From positions 62,001 through 126,000 of the forward strand of contig JALMLS010000373.1 of the NCBI GenBank assembly GCA_038496445.1: DNA of 64,000 bases. Direction: 5' to 3'. The notes beneath the pieces were generated by a model. It did no database searches and was not told the origin of the DNA. It was given only the letters and a program-made list of their open reading frames with translations. The translations under genes were made by a program, and so were the position numbers. Shown here one piece after another: positions 1 to 11,765 of this stretch (the first letter of the stretch is position 1; each line of letters begins with the position of its first letter). The stretch is from Trichosphaerium sp. ATCC 40318. Its lineage: Eukaryota > Protista > Tubulinea.

Positions 1-293
1 AGGTTGAGAAGATGCTTTTGCGAATGGATAGATTGCGTACTAGCACTTTAGACATGTTACAGCGACTTTTTTGGATCTGGCAGTTGAAGCCAACAACTTT
101 TTTTGGTCCTCTGATTTCTTGCGCCTATAATTCACGCCTTCGGAGTTATTGGCGATTTACTTATCCTCATTGAGTCTACTGAAGTATTATTAAACTGTGC
201 ACTACCGTTAGGGCCATATTTGACATTTATAAAATAGCTTTAGCCTATACAAACGAAAAAAAGAAACTGTAAAGGTATTCGAACGCTATTATC

Positions 294-1838
294 ATGTACG
301 CAGGTACTAATTAGAGCATTTTTATACTCCTGTATTGACCTATGTTAAAAAAGGAACAATAGCTCTGGACAATCTACCAGCTGACATGCTGGGAGAAATT
401 CTAGTGCATCTAACGTATCCACGGATCGCCCCGTTGGTCAGGTTAGTAGTGATTCAATACTAAACTAATGAAATTCTAACACATTGTAGTACAAGGGCAG
501 TATGTAAGCAATTCAAAGGCCTCGTAGACGCTAACTTTAAAATTATACGAGTACGCCTTCAATTATCATCTACTGGCACTTGTAATACTAAATACGTTAA
601 ATAGGAGTGTTTATACGTATTTCCAGCAACTTACCTTCGTATGACACCTGCACCGACAGTAAATATAAAATCAATGGCGACACTATCAGACGGCAGGGTA
701 AATTGATAAACAGCTAATTTTATTAACAATTAATTATCGAACGTATTTTTTTTTGTACTTTTCGTCTACTGCCCCTCTTAAATCATCACAAACCTTTACT
801 CTACACGCAAAGTTCACAAGAAGACAAGTGTAGCCGTTTTACCCTTCTCGGTTTTTTGTTTTTTGCCTTTTTTGATGCAGGCACGATTGTGGCTTGTATT
901 AATACGCTTATGACATGGACACAATCGCGGCAATACCATTGAGACCTTTAAAACACCAAGATAAAGCCCTGTATCTCCACAAAAAAAAAATCGCTTCAAA
1001 ACAGTTCCTTCTTTAATTGTTTTTTGTACGTCGCTTACTGGCTTTCTAGATCGTGTGTACAGACGGTAAGAACCTTTGTACTCTGAATTCTGCAGGCGAT
1101 AACGAAACAGTTTTTAAACGCATCGCGCATTTGTCTCCTACGGATACTTCGTACATACAAAGCTTGGTAATAGATAACAACGATAATGTCTATATACTAC
1201 AAAGCAAGCAAATCAAAAAAGTCAACTTGGTGTCTAAAACGGTCGAAGTTCTTAGCAAGGATTTGGAATTTTTCATGTTTAGTAGTTTCGCTTTAGATCA
1301 TCGCGGAAACTTCATATTATGTGAGGGTAAGCATATACAGACGTTATCAAAGGCAGGAGACTTGAAGAGTATAGGTCATGCTAGTACTACATGGCGTAAA
1401 GTTCTTGATGGACCTATTGAAGAAGCTACTTTTTGGCGTCCTGTTTTCGTTGCTGTTCATCCAAAAAATACTGATATTTATATTATCGATTCTCTTTCTT
1501 ACTTGGAGATTAACTCTTCTGATGTTTGTGATTATATACGTGTTGTATCTAATGGATATGTTAGAACTATTTATAAGCATAATGAGATTATACATGGTAT
1601 TGCATTTGGTGATAAAGGAGACTTTTACTTTGGTACACAAACTGGTATTTACAAAGTATACTTGGGAGGTAAAACGAAGGGTACTCATATTGTTAAGCTT
1701 AGAACAAGGCCTAAGATGCGTGGTGTACATACAATGTGTCATAGAGGTGGTAGTCTTGTTATTGCAAAGCAAATTTTTACTACTGATCTTGAGAAGAGAG
1801 AAGGTTTGTATAGTCTTCGTCTGACACAAGAGGTTTGA
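294..1838 (+). CDS. F-box protein with C-terminal NHL/beta-propeller repeats (spliced)
   Basis: Splicing ATG294 gives MYAGTIALDNLPADMLGEILVHL...AVCKQFKGLVD (F-box pattern). The last exon (ORF 1053-1838) has NHL-like blades: SLVIDNNDNVYI, FALDHRGNFILCE, DGPIEEATFWRPVFVAVHP, GIAFGDKGDFYFG. Confidence 0.7.
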
Positions 1839-2301
1839 TATTTTTTTTTCGATTTCGATTTTCAAAAAACACATGATCTCTCACTGCACACCACAAACTC
1901 CTTACCTCTGTTTTTTTGTAACTGTAAATTAAACATAAAAATTCACTCCTTATCCACTACTATGGTGACTCATTTTCTTTTGTGGTAACTGGCCTTGTTT
2001 TTTGGAATTGTTTCGACTTTTTTTTTTTCTTGAAGCTGACTGAACTCCAGTTAAACAAAGACACTACAGACAACTGCTAAAGTGTTTTTTGCTCATGTAT
2101 TTCTTGTAATTTTTTTTTGAATATTGGCGCGTTTAGAGTGATAAGTAGATTCTATTTTAGGTACCACGTGAGGATGTTTGAAGGGTTAATTTTTCCTTCG
2201 TTTTTTTTTAATGAAAAACCTTTTGACCGAACTTGACGTTTATAACGGTTCCCGCCCAACGGAAGACAGTTAATTGAGTATATCTCCTTGGTAGCTTTTA
2301 T

Positions 2302-5300
2302 ATGAAGGGCCGCGTGCCTTTAGGCGACCGTACAAATATGCGTAATGTAACGGTAGACGAACTCATGTCTCCTGAGGCGTATACCAAGACCAGCATGATT
2401 GGCAAGGTACATGCATCGTTGTAGTTATCGCCTTTGTCTAAAACAACTCAAAAGGGTGCTTTTGCTTGCGTTTATAGGTTAAAACACACTACTAAAACAA
2501 CCACATACGCTGGTAAGGCCATTCTTAAAAAAAGCCTCGTAAAAGCGTCTATGAAACTAAAGGTACCATAAGACACGATTTATATGCGCGGTCTAACCTT
2601 TTATGTGACAGCTAAAGCGCGAAATTCAAATCAACAAATTGTTGAAAACTCACTCACATCCAAATATTGTTAGCTTTGTTGAGGCTGTAGAGACAAACAA
2701 AGCACACTGGATCATTCTAGAGTATTGTAAGACAAAGGTAAAAGAAAGGAGAGGAGTATTTTGATTTTTTTTGGTTTTTCAAAAATTTGCTTCCGCCGTT
2801 TTTCCTTTAATGCTTGTTTTCGCATGGCATTGAATACAATATAATATTGCCCAAGATAATATGAATGCGCAAAGCAAATACTTTCGTCGTGCAACTTTCT
2901 TTGCAAGTTTTTTTTCGCTTTCCTTCAAATCAATCACTTTTCACAAAAGACTGATTTTCGGGTTATACTCACAGGAATCAAAACGTATCGCTTATTTTTA
3001 TGCAATGCCTTCTTTGTTATGTTTTTAAAAATCATACCTTTTTGTCACTGCAGTTTTGTCACGTGACAATAATACGGTGACCTGCGAAACGGCTTTTTTT
3101 TTTTGGGTTTTTTTTGCTTTTTTTGTTCTTGTTGACGCTTTGTAGACACTGCATCACTTGCTTGTTGACCGTGGCCGCTTGAGTGAGGAAGTAGCGAGGC
3201 GGTATTTAACTCAATTATTACGTACGAATGTCTTACTTAGTGTCGTGTTGGTGCTCACATACGTTTCCTTGTAGACGCCATTCGACATTGTCACAAGCAT
3301 AAAATAATTCATCGTGACATAAAGTTGCGTAATGTATTGCTTGATGGTGTAGACCTTAAACTTTGTGATTTTGGACTTGGTATGTATTGACCTATGCAGG
3401 TTTATACTTCAAGTTCTTATTGATTTAATTTAGCTACATTTTTTGACAAGGACGTTCCTCACCAAAAGTCTCTTTGTGGTGTACGTTACCCTTTTTTTTT
3501 TTTTTGTATCTTAAACCTTCTTTAACCTTCAAGTTCTAGACACCTAATTATATTGCACCTGAGATATTGAATGGTATGAAACATGACTTTCCGATGGATG
3601 TATGGAGTATAGGTATGTCATTCACCTTGATAGTGGTATCCAACCATTGTGTCGTTAAATTTTTTTGAAATATTTATTGTGCCTTTTTTATCTTCGCTCA
3701 AACTCATTGGTTGTCAGGTGTCATATTTTATTGGTTATTGGTTGGTAAAGCCCCATTTGCTAGTAAGACTGTTAAAGAAACATACAAAAAAATAAAAGCA
3801 AACGCATGGTCCCTCCCAGAGGATTTAAAGATAACTAAAGCAACAAGAGATCTTGTTGAAGGACTTTTAAATCCAGATCCAGAAAAGAGGTTCGTACAGT
3901 GGATAGACTAATTCTTTTACTTATTTTTAAATCCTATTATATTATACCTTATTCACCTTACTAATGAGTATTATCAAAAGGCTCACACCCTCAGCAGCAC
4001 TTAGTCATGAATTTTTTACAACAAAATTTGCTAAACCCAAAAAGCGAAAATTGGATGCTCTCATAATTGATGACTCTCCTCGTGCAAAAAGAGGTATGTT
4101 TTCATAATATTTTTAATGTACCCTCGTGTTTGGGGCGTTTTAATATGGACGTGCTTATAATAATGTATCTTTTAGTGAGGTTGAGCTGTAAAGCAGTAAA
4201 AGATTCGGCTGTTAAGGAAGCTATTAGTGTTTTTATGAAAGATCATAATGTGACGGCATCACAGCCACTTAAACTTGATCGTAGCTTTACTAAGGATGAA
4301 AAAGAAACGAATGCTAAGGATGTTGTACGTATTAATAACGACTTGAAGTCATATAACGGCATCTCACGTGCCAAGAACATGCGGGTTTTTTTTACTTTTT
4401 TCTTTTGTTTTTCGTCTTAGTGATGTTGTGTTTGCTGAAGGAAGTAATAGGTTTGTATTGCCAAATGGATAGATTTTTCTAGAGGATTTGGGTTTGGTTA
4501 TCAACTTACAAATGGTGCTTTGGGTATTTTATTTAATGATGGGTCTGTTATGATTGAATTTAATGGGTATGCAGCTTTCTCATTCTTTGTCTTTGTTTTT
4601 TCTTTTCAAAAAGCCGTACTTTCTTAGCTCTATGCATCCGTGTATTGAGCATGCTGATCTATTAATAACACAAAAATGTGTATAGTTATACCATTTCTAC
4701 GCCGTACAAAATGAGAAGCAGTGAAAACTTTTTTTCTTCTTTTTTTTTCATTGAACGTTGTTGTTTCTTCTAACCGTCTGTTCTACTTAGACAAACAAGT
4801 TATGCTGAAACACCTGATGATAAACGGATAGAACTCTCTAAATCTGATGATGGAAAGTTAGAATCATGTGATGAAGTCTCAGATAACAAATTATCTTCGT
4901 TTCGTTATTTTAAGAAGTCACTTGTTGGTTTGAAACTTAGAAGTGTCGGTTTGGATCTAAAAGAGGCTGAAAAAAAGGAACAGTCTCCTATATTATCATT
5001 TTGGAAGCATACCAATAAGGGTGTTTTCTTTGTTTTAAGTAATGGCAATGTACAGGTACACCATCAAAGGCCGAACAAAAGCTCTTTTTTATTAGTATTT
5101 TTTTCTCGTTTTTTTTTTTCTTTAAGTTTTTCGCCTTCTGCTTGCTCATCACATGACTTTTTTAGGTCAATTTTAGACATGACCACACAAAGTGTATTAT
5201 ACAACCTCCATCTACAATATTGTATATTGATAAAACTGGTAAGTGTGATGACATTAAGCTCGATTTTCTTACTAAATTGTTTTATGATAGGCGATAAACA

Positions 5301-5400
5301 ATCTTTCAAATTTACCAACGTTGAATCATGTTCACGTGGTTTGTACACTAGAGTAAAGTTTATTGGTGATGCCTTGTCCCATTATTTTCCTTCAGTATGA
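2302..5400 (+). CDS. PLK: Polo-like serine/threonine kinase
   Basis: Spliced motifs [56 protein letters not shown]. The C-terminal polo box reads [28 protein letters not shown] (~4463-4545). Confidence 0.92.
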
Positions 5401-5694
5401 GTAGATGTATGAGGATTGAAAAAAAGCGTATGGGACATGCAAAAGGAAGAACTAAAAAACAAACTGACAATAAAACAAACAACTTGTAAAATTATAAACA
5501 CATTGTCTTATTACTACCCTTCTTTCCCCTTTTGCTTTTTTTTTTTGAACACAGTACTCCGCGAATAGTAACCAGTAAACTAATTGCGAATTACAGCTAC
5601 CGACCGTTTTCTGTTGTAAATAATGACAGTTTTTGGTTCAATAAAACAATGATGTTAAACAGTCATGCACCTGGAACTCTTAAAAAACTTTGCT

Positions 5695-5767
5695 TAGGTG
5701 AGAAGGGAATCGAACCCTTTACCTGCTGCGTGTCAGTCAGCTGTCATACCTCCTAGACCACACACCC
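5695..5767 (-). tRNA. tRNA-Val, anticodon GAC (imperfect stems; possibly a pseudogene)
   Basis: Reverse complement is GGGTGTG TG GTCTAGGAGGTATGAC A GCTGA CTGACAC GCAGC AGGTA AAGGG TTCGATT CCCTT CTCACCT A. This is a 73-nt cloverleaf with A/B boxes, followed by a T6 Pol III terminator. Mismatches at 6:67 and 31:39. Confidence 0.85.
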
Positions 5768-5905
5768 CTAGCACAGTCTGACATAGGTAAAATGTCTCAC
5801 AACATAATTAGTTTATTGATTATGGAGTTTTAAATTTAAGAGTAGGGTGTTAGTGTTTACTTTCCAGTACCCTCCTACACCCTCTGGAGAAACGTGAACG
5901 TTGTC

Positions 5906-6483
5906 TTAGCAAACAAAGTTTACAAAAACGAGTTTGATGTCTATACTTCCTGATACGTTATCTTTCTGATTAGAGCGAGATTTTAGTTTGAGAGTAGTTG
6001 CTTTAGCTTCTGGAAACTTCTCCTTCAGCCTACTATCTATATTCAATGCAACCTTGGCTGGTTTTGCCTTCGCATATAGTTTCGCGAGATCAAGCTTCGC
6101 TTCGCCCATAAACGCGTCGTCGGCTTTATTCCTAATTATCGATGTATTAGTCATCGGTAAAACAAGCCGAACTTGGCTGTACGTACCAGACTTGTATTAC
6201 GAGCGTTGTTTCAGTACGACAAGTTCCTGATTCGCCTATTTCGTCCCATGTTGGGTTTAGACCTTCTGCTGGTTTAGATTCCCATGCTCCGTCCGTAAGC
6301 GGTGAGTCTACGTAAGCTTTTTTTACGGCTTTGTATTTAATAAACGGTGTTGCTTCGTCACTTCCTGTTAGGTTCTTTCCTGATAGTACTTGAACGTGGA
6401 AGAATGGTGCTGAGGGTAGTAGAGTAAGTTTACAAAGAATATTCGCTTGGGCTACTCTCTTGCGTACTTTCTGTTCTTGCCAT
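5906..6483 (-). CDS. Small C2-domain protein
   Basis: Spliced: FHVQVLSGKNL...LNPTWDE...LVIQVWNKADDAFMGEAKLDL...VSGSIDIKL, the typical C2 pattern. Confidence 0.8.
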
Positions 6484-7131
6484 GGTTTATAGTAATTATG
6501 ATTTACTTTAAACTAGAATAGTATTTGAAAAAAGCACAGAATTGGTGCTTAATATTACACTATTAAGTTCGAATTAAACCGAAAACCGTATACCATTTTG
6601 AACTCCTCAAAGTTGAAAGGGCTTTTTGCATACGAAAAGAATTTTTGAAACGTAATATGACGAGTTAAATATCGCGAAGTTTCCTCCTCACTTAATACAA
6701 CCAAGCACAAGCGTTAAGTCAACCTTGAAATTGACAACTTTGATAATTGCTCCTCTGGTGACTTTACCTCAAATTAAAACCGAGAACTAATGTGGCGAAC
6801 TCTTTGTAAACGGCGTTTATATCATGCAGCAGGAGCATTTCAAGTGCTTCCACACAGCAAGGGTGGCTAAACTAGTTTTATTAACTAAGCTTATTTTTCA
6901 CAATACACCTAGCTGCTAGCAACCTTGGAGGTTGTTCAAACACTAACTTTAATTCGGGTTATTTCTAGATAGTTTGCTCAGCAGCGTAGGGTCACGTGCA
7001 ACTGTAAGAACAGCTATTAGGGCCAACTATTCAACGAAAGTTTTTAGTACCTAAAATCTGTTGGTGCCAAACTCCAGTTTCACCGAAATTTTAAAGCCCG
7101 TAACAAAACTCGGTACAGAGTGCACCAAAGC

Positions 7132-8464
7132 ATGAATATTTTGCTTTACGCGGTTACGATAAGTTTAATATCGCTTTGTCATGCTTCCGTTGCCCAAGAA
7201 GATGCTCTACAAGATATGATTAATACCTTAAGGTTAGTTTCTCTCAAAAACACCTTTTCTGTTCTTACGTAACGATTTTGTACAGTAATTTACCTTCTCA
7301 ATGGAAAGAAAACGACACTATGAATGCATGTAGCTGGGAAGGCATTACCTGTATTCAAGGGAACATAACGACGCTGTAATGACATTTTGTACTCCTTTAT
7401 CTGACATTTCGTTAGCAATTTAACAAATAAGAACATATCGGGGTCTCTATCGGATTCCATTGCAAACGTAACCTCCCTGAAAGAACTGTACGTAACTCGG
7501 AGCGTTTTTTTTGTTTTCAATCTCTAAAAACCTCGTTAGAATATTCTCTGGTAATCTACTGCACGGTGATATCCCTAAAACGCTACTGAAGCTTCAATTG
7601 CGTATTCTGTACTAAAATTCTATTACACCTTCTCGAAACCACTCAAAACCAATAGAGAACTCGATAATAACAACCTAAGTGGCGATTTACCACCTTTAAA
7701 CACACTTGAGACACTACAAACACTGTAAGTCTAAATACAAAAAGTAAGCTGACCATTTTCTTCAGAAATGTCGTTGGCAACGCCAACCTTACCGGCTGCG
7801 CTATTCTTCCGCTTTCGATACCATCTTGGTTAGTTTAGACGCTCGCTTTTTTCTATTTTTTGTAAACCTGATTTGACATTTTACTGACGTTAAAAAAAAC
7901 GTGTTTTTGAACGCTAACGCACGTGTATGTAGTAAATTATCAGGAACAAAAATTTGGTGTGGTCCAGCCACTACTTGTCCGCCACCTCCTGCTTCTTGTA
8001 CAGGTACAATACGCGTATGTTATAACGTATACTTACGTACATAGGATGTTTGATACCTCCTACAGCTCCTTTCACTACAAATCCTCCAACTCGCCCTACA
8101 GCACCACCACCAACCGTTGTTCCGTCGTGTACGTTTTTTTTGAAACAAAACCCTTTTGGACGTCCGTTTTGGTTGTTTGTAATGTTTTCTTTATAGCTGC
8201 CGTGGAAACGCCCACAGGCGGTGATGGAGGTATTGCTTTATATGTAACAATAGGTGTAATAGCTACTTTAATTGTTATTGCAATCACTGGCTTGTTGCTC
8301 ATGAGATATCGGCCTTGGCAGAAACGTTCTGATGAACAGAAACATCTTCGGTGGGATGAAACAAAACGTGCAGAACCAGGTACTTAACTACCTACCTTTT
8401 GAGAAAGACGCCAGTGTTACACAGTGTATTCACTAACCCGTTTCTAGAATATGGCGGATGGTGA
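7132..8464 (+). CDS. Single-pass membrane LRR protein (signal peptide, LRRNT, plant-type LRRs, Pro/Thr stalk, TM, short tail)
   Basis: Signal MNILLYAVTISLISLCHA; cap CSWEGITC; repeats ISGSLSDSIANVTSL, GNLLHGDIP, NNNLSGDLP; TM IALYVTIGVIATLIVIAITGLLLM followed by RYRPWQKR. Confidence 0.8.
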
Positions 8465-9352
8465 TGAATTAACAAATGGACAACTGCAATTTGTTGTTTT
8501 TTTCTTGAATTTGTTTGTTGGGTTCTACCTCCCTTCCTCTGTTTTATTTTCTTGTAATTATTTAACCACAAATAAAACAATATCAGGTTGAGATCATTGT
8601 AGTTGAAAAGAGAAACGAAAAAAGGTACACAAGCAAGTAAGCACAGCTTTGGTGCTGGAGAAAATATGGTTTTCTGGTATCAATTTAACCGTCAATGCCC
8701 ATCTCCTACACTCCAACTCTAGCCCCAGGGACTCCCTAGATGAGTGTTTCAGCATTTCATGTGTAAATATTGTTGAACTTCACGTTGAAGATCAAGTAAT
8801 GGCAACCCACTCATTTTCATTGTGTGCCTACTAAGAGGATGAACAAAATACACAGTGAAGGCATTAAGAAGAAAAACAAATGTTGTCATTGGAAAAAAAC
8901 CGCGCAGGAGTTGACCTTGATTAATAAAGATCAAGTCGAATCGTATTGCCAAGGTACGTTTATCGACAAAAAAAAGAAGTTCACAATGTTAGTGTAACAC
9001 AATTAGTGCCTTGAGGACTTAATAGGAGCTAACCTGCCTTGTTTAGCCTCGATTTCAGTGTACAACAGTTATTCCCATTAGCTGGTAACACCACAGTCCC
9101 AAATTAAACGAACATGTTTTGTCAATCAAATAATTGTTGGCTGTGGTTGACCTTTTTACCGTATCGCAGACTGCAACAAACACAACAAAATACATTGATT
9201 ATATTAGCAATTAACTGAGTTTAGACAATTGAGTTGTAAGTTTACAAAGAAACCTCAAATTTAGAGAAACAAAAACCGGAAGTGCCATCCTTCACTGAAA
9301 ACAAGTCTGGAAAGCGCGTAGCAGTTTCATAAAGTAAAACAAACATAACAAC

Positions 9353-11361
9353 ATGGCAGAACGACAAAGCAGATCAAAATATCAAGTAGATTACACGAGA
9401 AGTCCAACCGAAAAAGGCGTTGAAACGCCAAAATCGCCTAAAACGACACTAAACGCATCGAAACCAACTGGAGATACTAATTTATTGGATTTGGTGTTCG
9501 CTTGTGACTGTACTTCGTCTATGGGTCAATACCTTGATTCAGCTAAGCGAAACATTACTAAAATCATCGAAGACATAACAGCAAGCGAAAAGGCTGATGT
9601 TTTATTCAGTTTGGTTCAATACAGAGACCATCCACCACAGGATACATCATTTGTAACGAGAACAAGTAAATGGACGAACTCAGTGCGTGAGATGAAGAAA
9701 TACGTTAATGCGATGTATCCACAAGGTGGTGGCGACGGTCCAGGTACCTACTTGCAAACCTACTGTTTTTTGACGTTAATTAACCTTCGCCCTTAGAAGC
9801 TGTTACTGCCGCACTTGATGAAGTAAACAAGCTGTGCTACCGAAAAGGCTCAGGTACGTTTTTGGGTTTTTTTCAAATAAAAACGCACGTGACAAATAGC
9901 TAATTTTTTTCCTAAAGCACGTGTTTGCGTACTTATTGCAGATGCTCCTCCTCATGGTATCGAACCTCCTACTAGCCACGATGGATTTCCAGATGGTACG
10001 TCACATTGCATAAGCAAAAACAGAAACAAAAGAAATCAACAGTTGTTTGCTTACAAGCTATTAATAGGACCACCTTCCGGATTGGATGCATTAGATATCG
10101 TAAGAAAAATGGCTGATAATAGTATAGTTATATATGCAGTTGGTGTAGAGCCTAATCTAGGTCACTATACATACGCACGTGACTTTATGAGTGCTATAGC
10201 AAAAATGACAGATGGTACGTGAAACTTCTTATACATAACTTGTTTGGCTTTAGCCAACCTACTTCGTCTCGTAAGTCCACGCTATAAGCCTGTAATGCGA
10301 TTATAAATATGCTTGTGGCGTAGTAAGCGCCTAAAAGGCACTTGCACTTGTGGACAAGGCGCATGTTGTTTACTTTTACGGATTTTTTGATATTTTTTTC
10401 AAAGAAAAAATGTCAAGTATAATCTCACGTGTTTTAGTCTTATTTCTCCTTTCTAACCGTTTTTTTAACAGGAAAATTTCTACCTCTTACAAGCGCAAGT
10501 CTTCTTCCTGGAGTAATAATAGGTGGTTCAGCTGAAGAGATTGCACTTAATAAAATAGAAGATACAGCAGAAGAAAAAATTGAACAAATAATGGCTAAGA
10601 ATAAAGGCATATCACAAGAAGAATGCTTAAAGAAACTAACAATAGAACTTCAAAAAAGTGGTGTACAAACAAAACAGCTTCATTTGGATGATATATACGG
10701 ATCATATGATAACACGAACGTAAACCGTATTTGTGAAGCAAAAAAACTTACACGTATTCACACCAACCTTAAAAAAGGATTAAACGCACATGTTGCAGAT
10801 GAAGTAAGCAAGCACACATCCCACAGAGGGTATCTTCGGGCTGATGGACCGTCCGCACCCTCTTCTACATATGGTGGACGTTATGGAAGCAGTGGATACG
10901 GAAGCGCCTCTCCTAGCTATAGTGGATACGGAAGCGCCTCTCCTAGCTATAGTGGATACGGAAGCGCCTCTCCTAGCTATGGCGGATACGGAGGCGCCTC
11001 ACCGGGCTATGGACCTTCACCTTCTTCTGCTCCTCCATCAAGTTATGGAAGCAGTGGATACGGAAGCTCCTCTTCTAGCTATGGTGGAGGTAGTGGATAC
11101 GGAAGCGCATCATCTGGATATGGCGGAGTCCCTTCATCTTCATATGGAGGTACTGCACATGGTTTTGGTGGAAGTTCAATGGGTGGAGGATATGGATTTG
11201 GGTCTGGTTCTAGTAATGCATCTATTCCAAGAAATCAGTCTTCTGCAGCACCTAATAGTTCCCTAGCTCCTCAAATGAGTTCTGTTACAAGTGCTACAAT
11301 TAGCAGTGATCAAGTATCACGTGTTTTTAATCGTTGTAATAGAAAACACGGTCATTATTGA
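9353..11361 (+). CDS. von Willebrand factor A domain protein with Gly/Ser/Tyr low-complexity tail
   Basis: DLVFACDCTSSMG (MIDAS), QYRDHPP, GGGDGPEAV, LIADAPPHG; C-terminal SGYGSASPSY repeats. Confidence 0.88.
10891..11010 (+). repeat. Coding 30-bp tandem repeat (3 perfect copies + 1 degenerate)
   Basis: AGTGGATACGGAAGCGCCTCTCCTAGCTAT at 10891, 10921 and 10951; variant at 10981. Confidence 0.95.
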
Positions 11362-11765
11362 GCGACGTCTAGAGTGACAAAACCAATGTACAAAAAAAGT
11401 AGTGATTATTGTATTCTGTATAAATAAAACGCTGTACCTTTTTAAAACTTGTAAATATTTTGAACCTAACAGAGAAGGTACATCTTACCTCGATCAATAC
11501 TAAAGAAACCCTCCAACACTCACTACAAGTACCTGTACTTCAGAGAAATAAATCTAGAACATCACGTATTGATACCTTAGGTATTTTTTGACATAAGCTA
11601 TTTGGGGATAATCCGCGAATAAAAATAGTGCTACTCTTCAAAGCTACTTGGGTATAACAAACAAGACATACAACATTAAATTTTCTTTATTTCATTTGGT
11701 TTTTTTTTTCTTTTAGAAATAGGATTACTTCCTACCCTCCTTGCTACATACAGCTATTTTATTAT

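Noticed and set aside
1-55. Possible minus-strand gene start MSKVLVRNLSIRKSIFST running off the window
   Set aside because: Only 18 codons are visible, which cannot be supported.
1347-1874. Long antisense or alternative-frame ORFs (1347-1874, 1378-1824, 40053-40394, 25079-25426)
   Set aside because: These are shadows of real exons caused by codon bias and show no protein-like features.
8640-9120. Short ORFs and splice-like signals between the LRR and vWA genes, including an ORF ending KC-TGA
   Set aside because: I could not build a coherent gene model on either strand and found no convincing SECIS.
10891-11010. 30-bp direct repeats as a CRISPR-like array
   Set aside because: There are no spacers; it is an in-frame coding tandem repeat in a eukaryotic gene.
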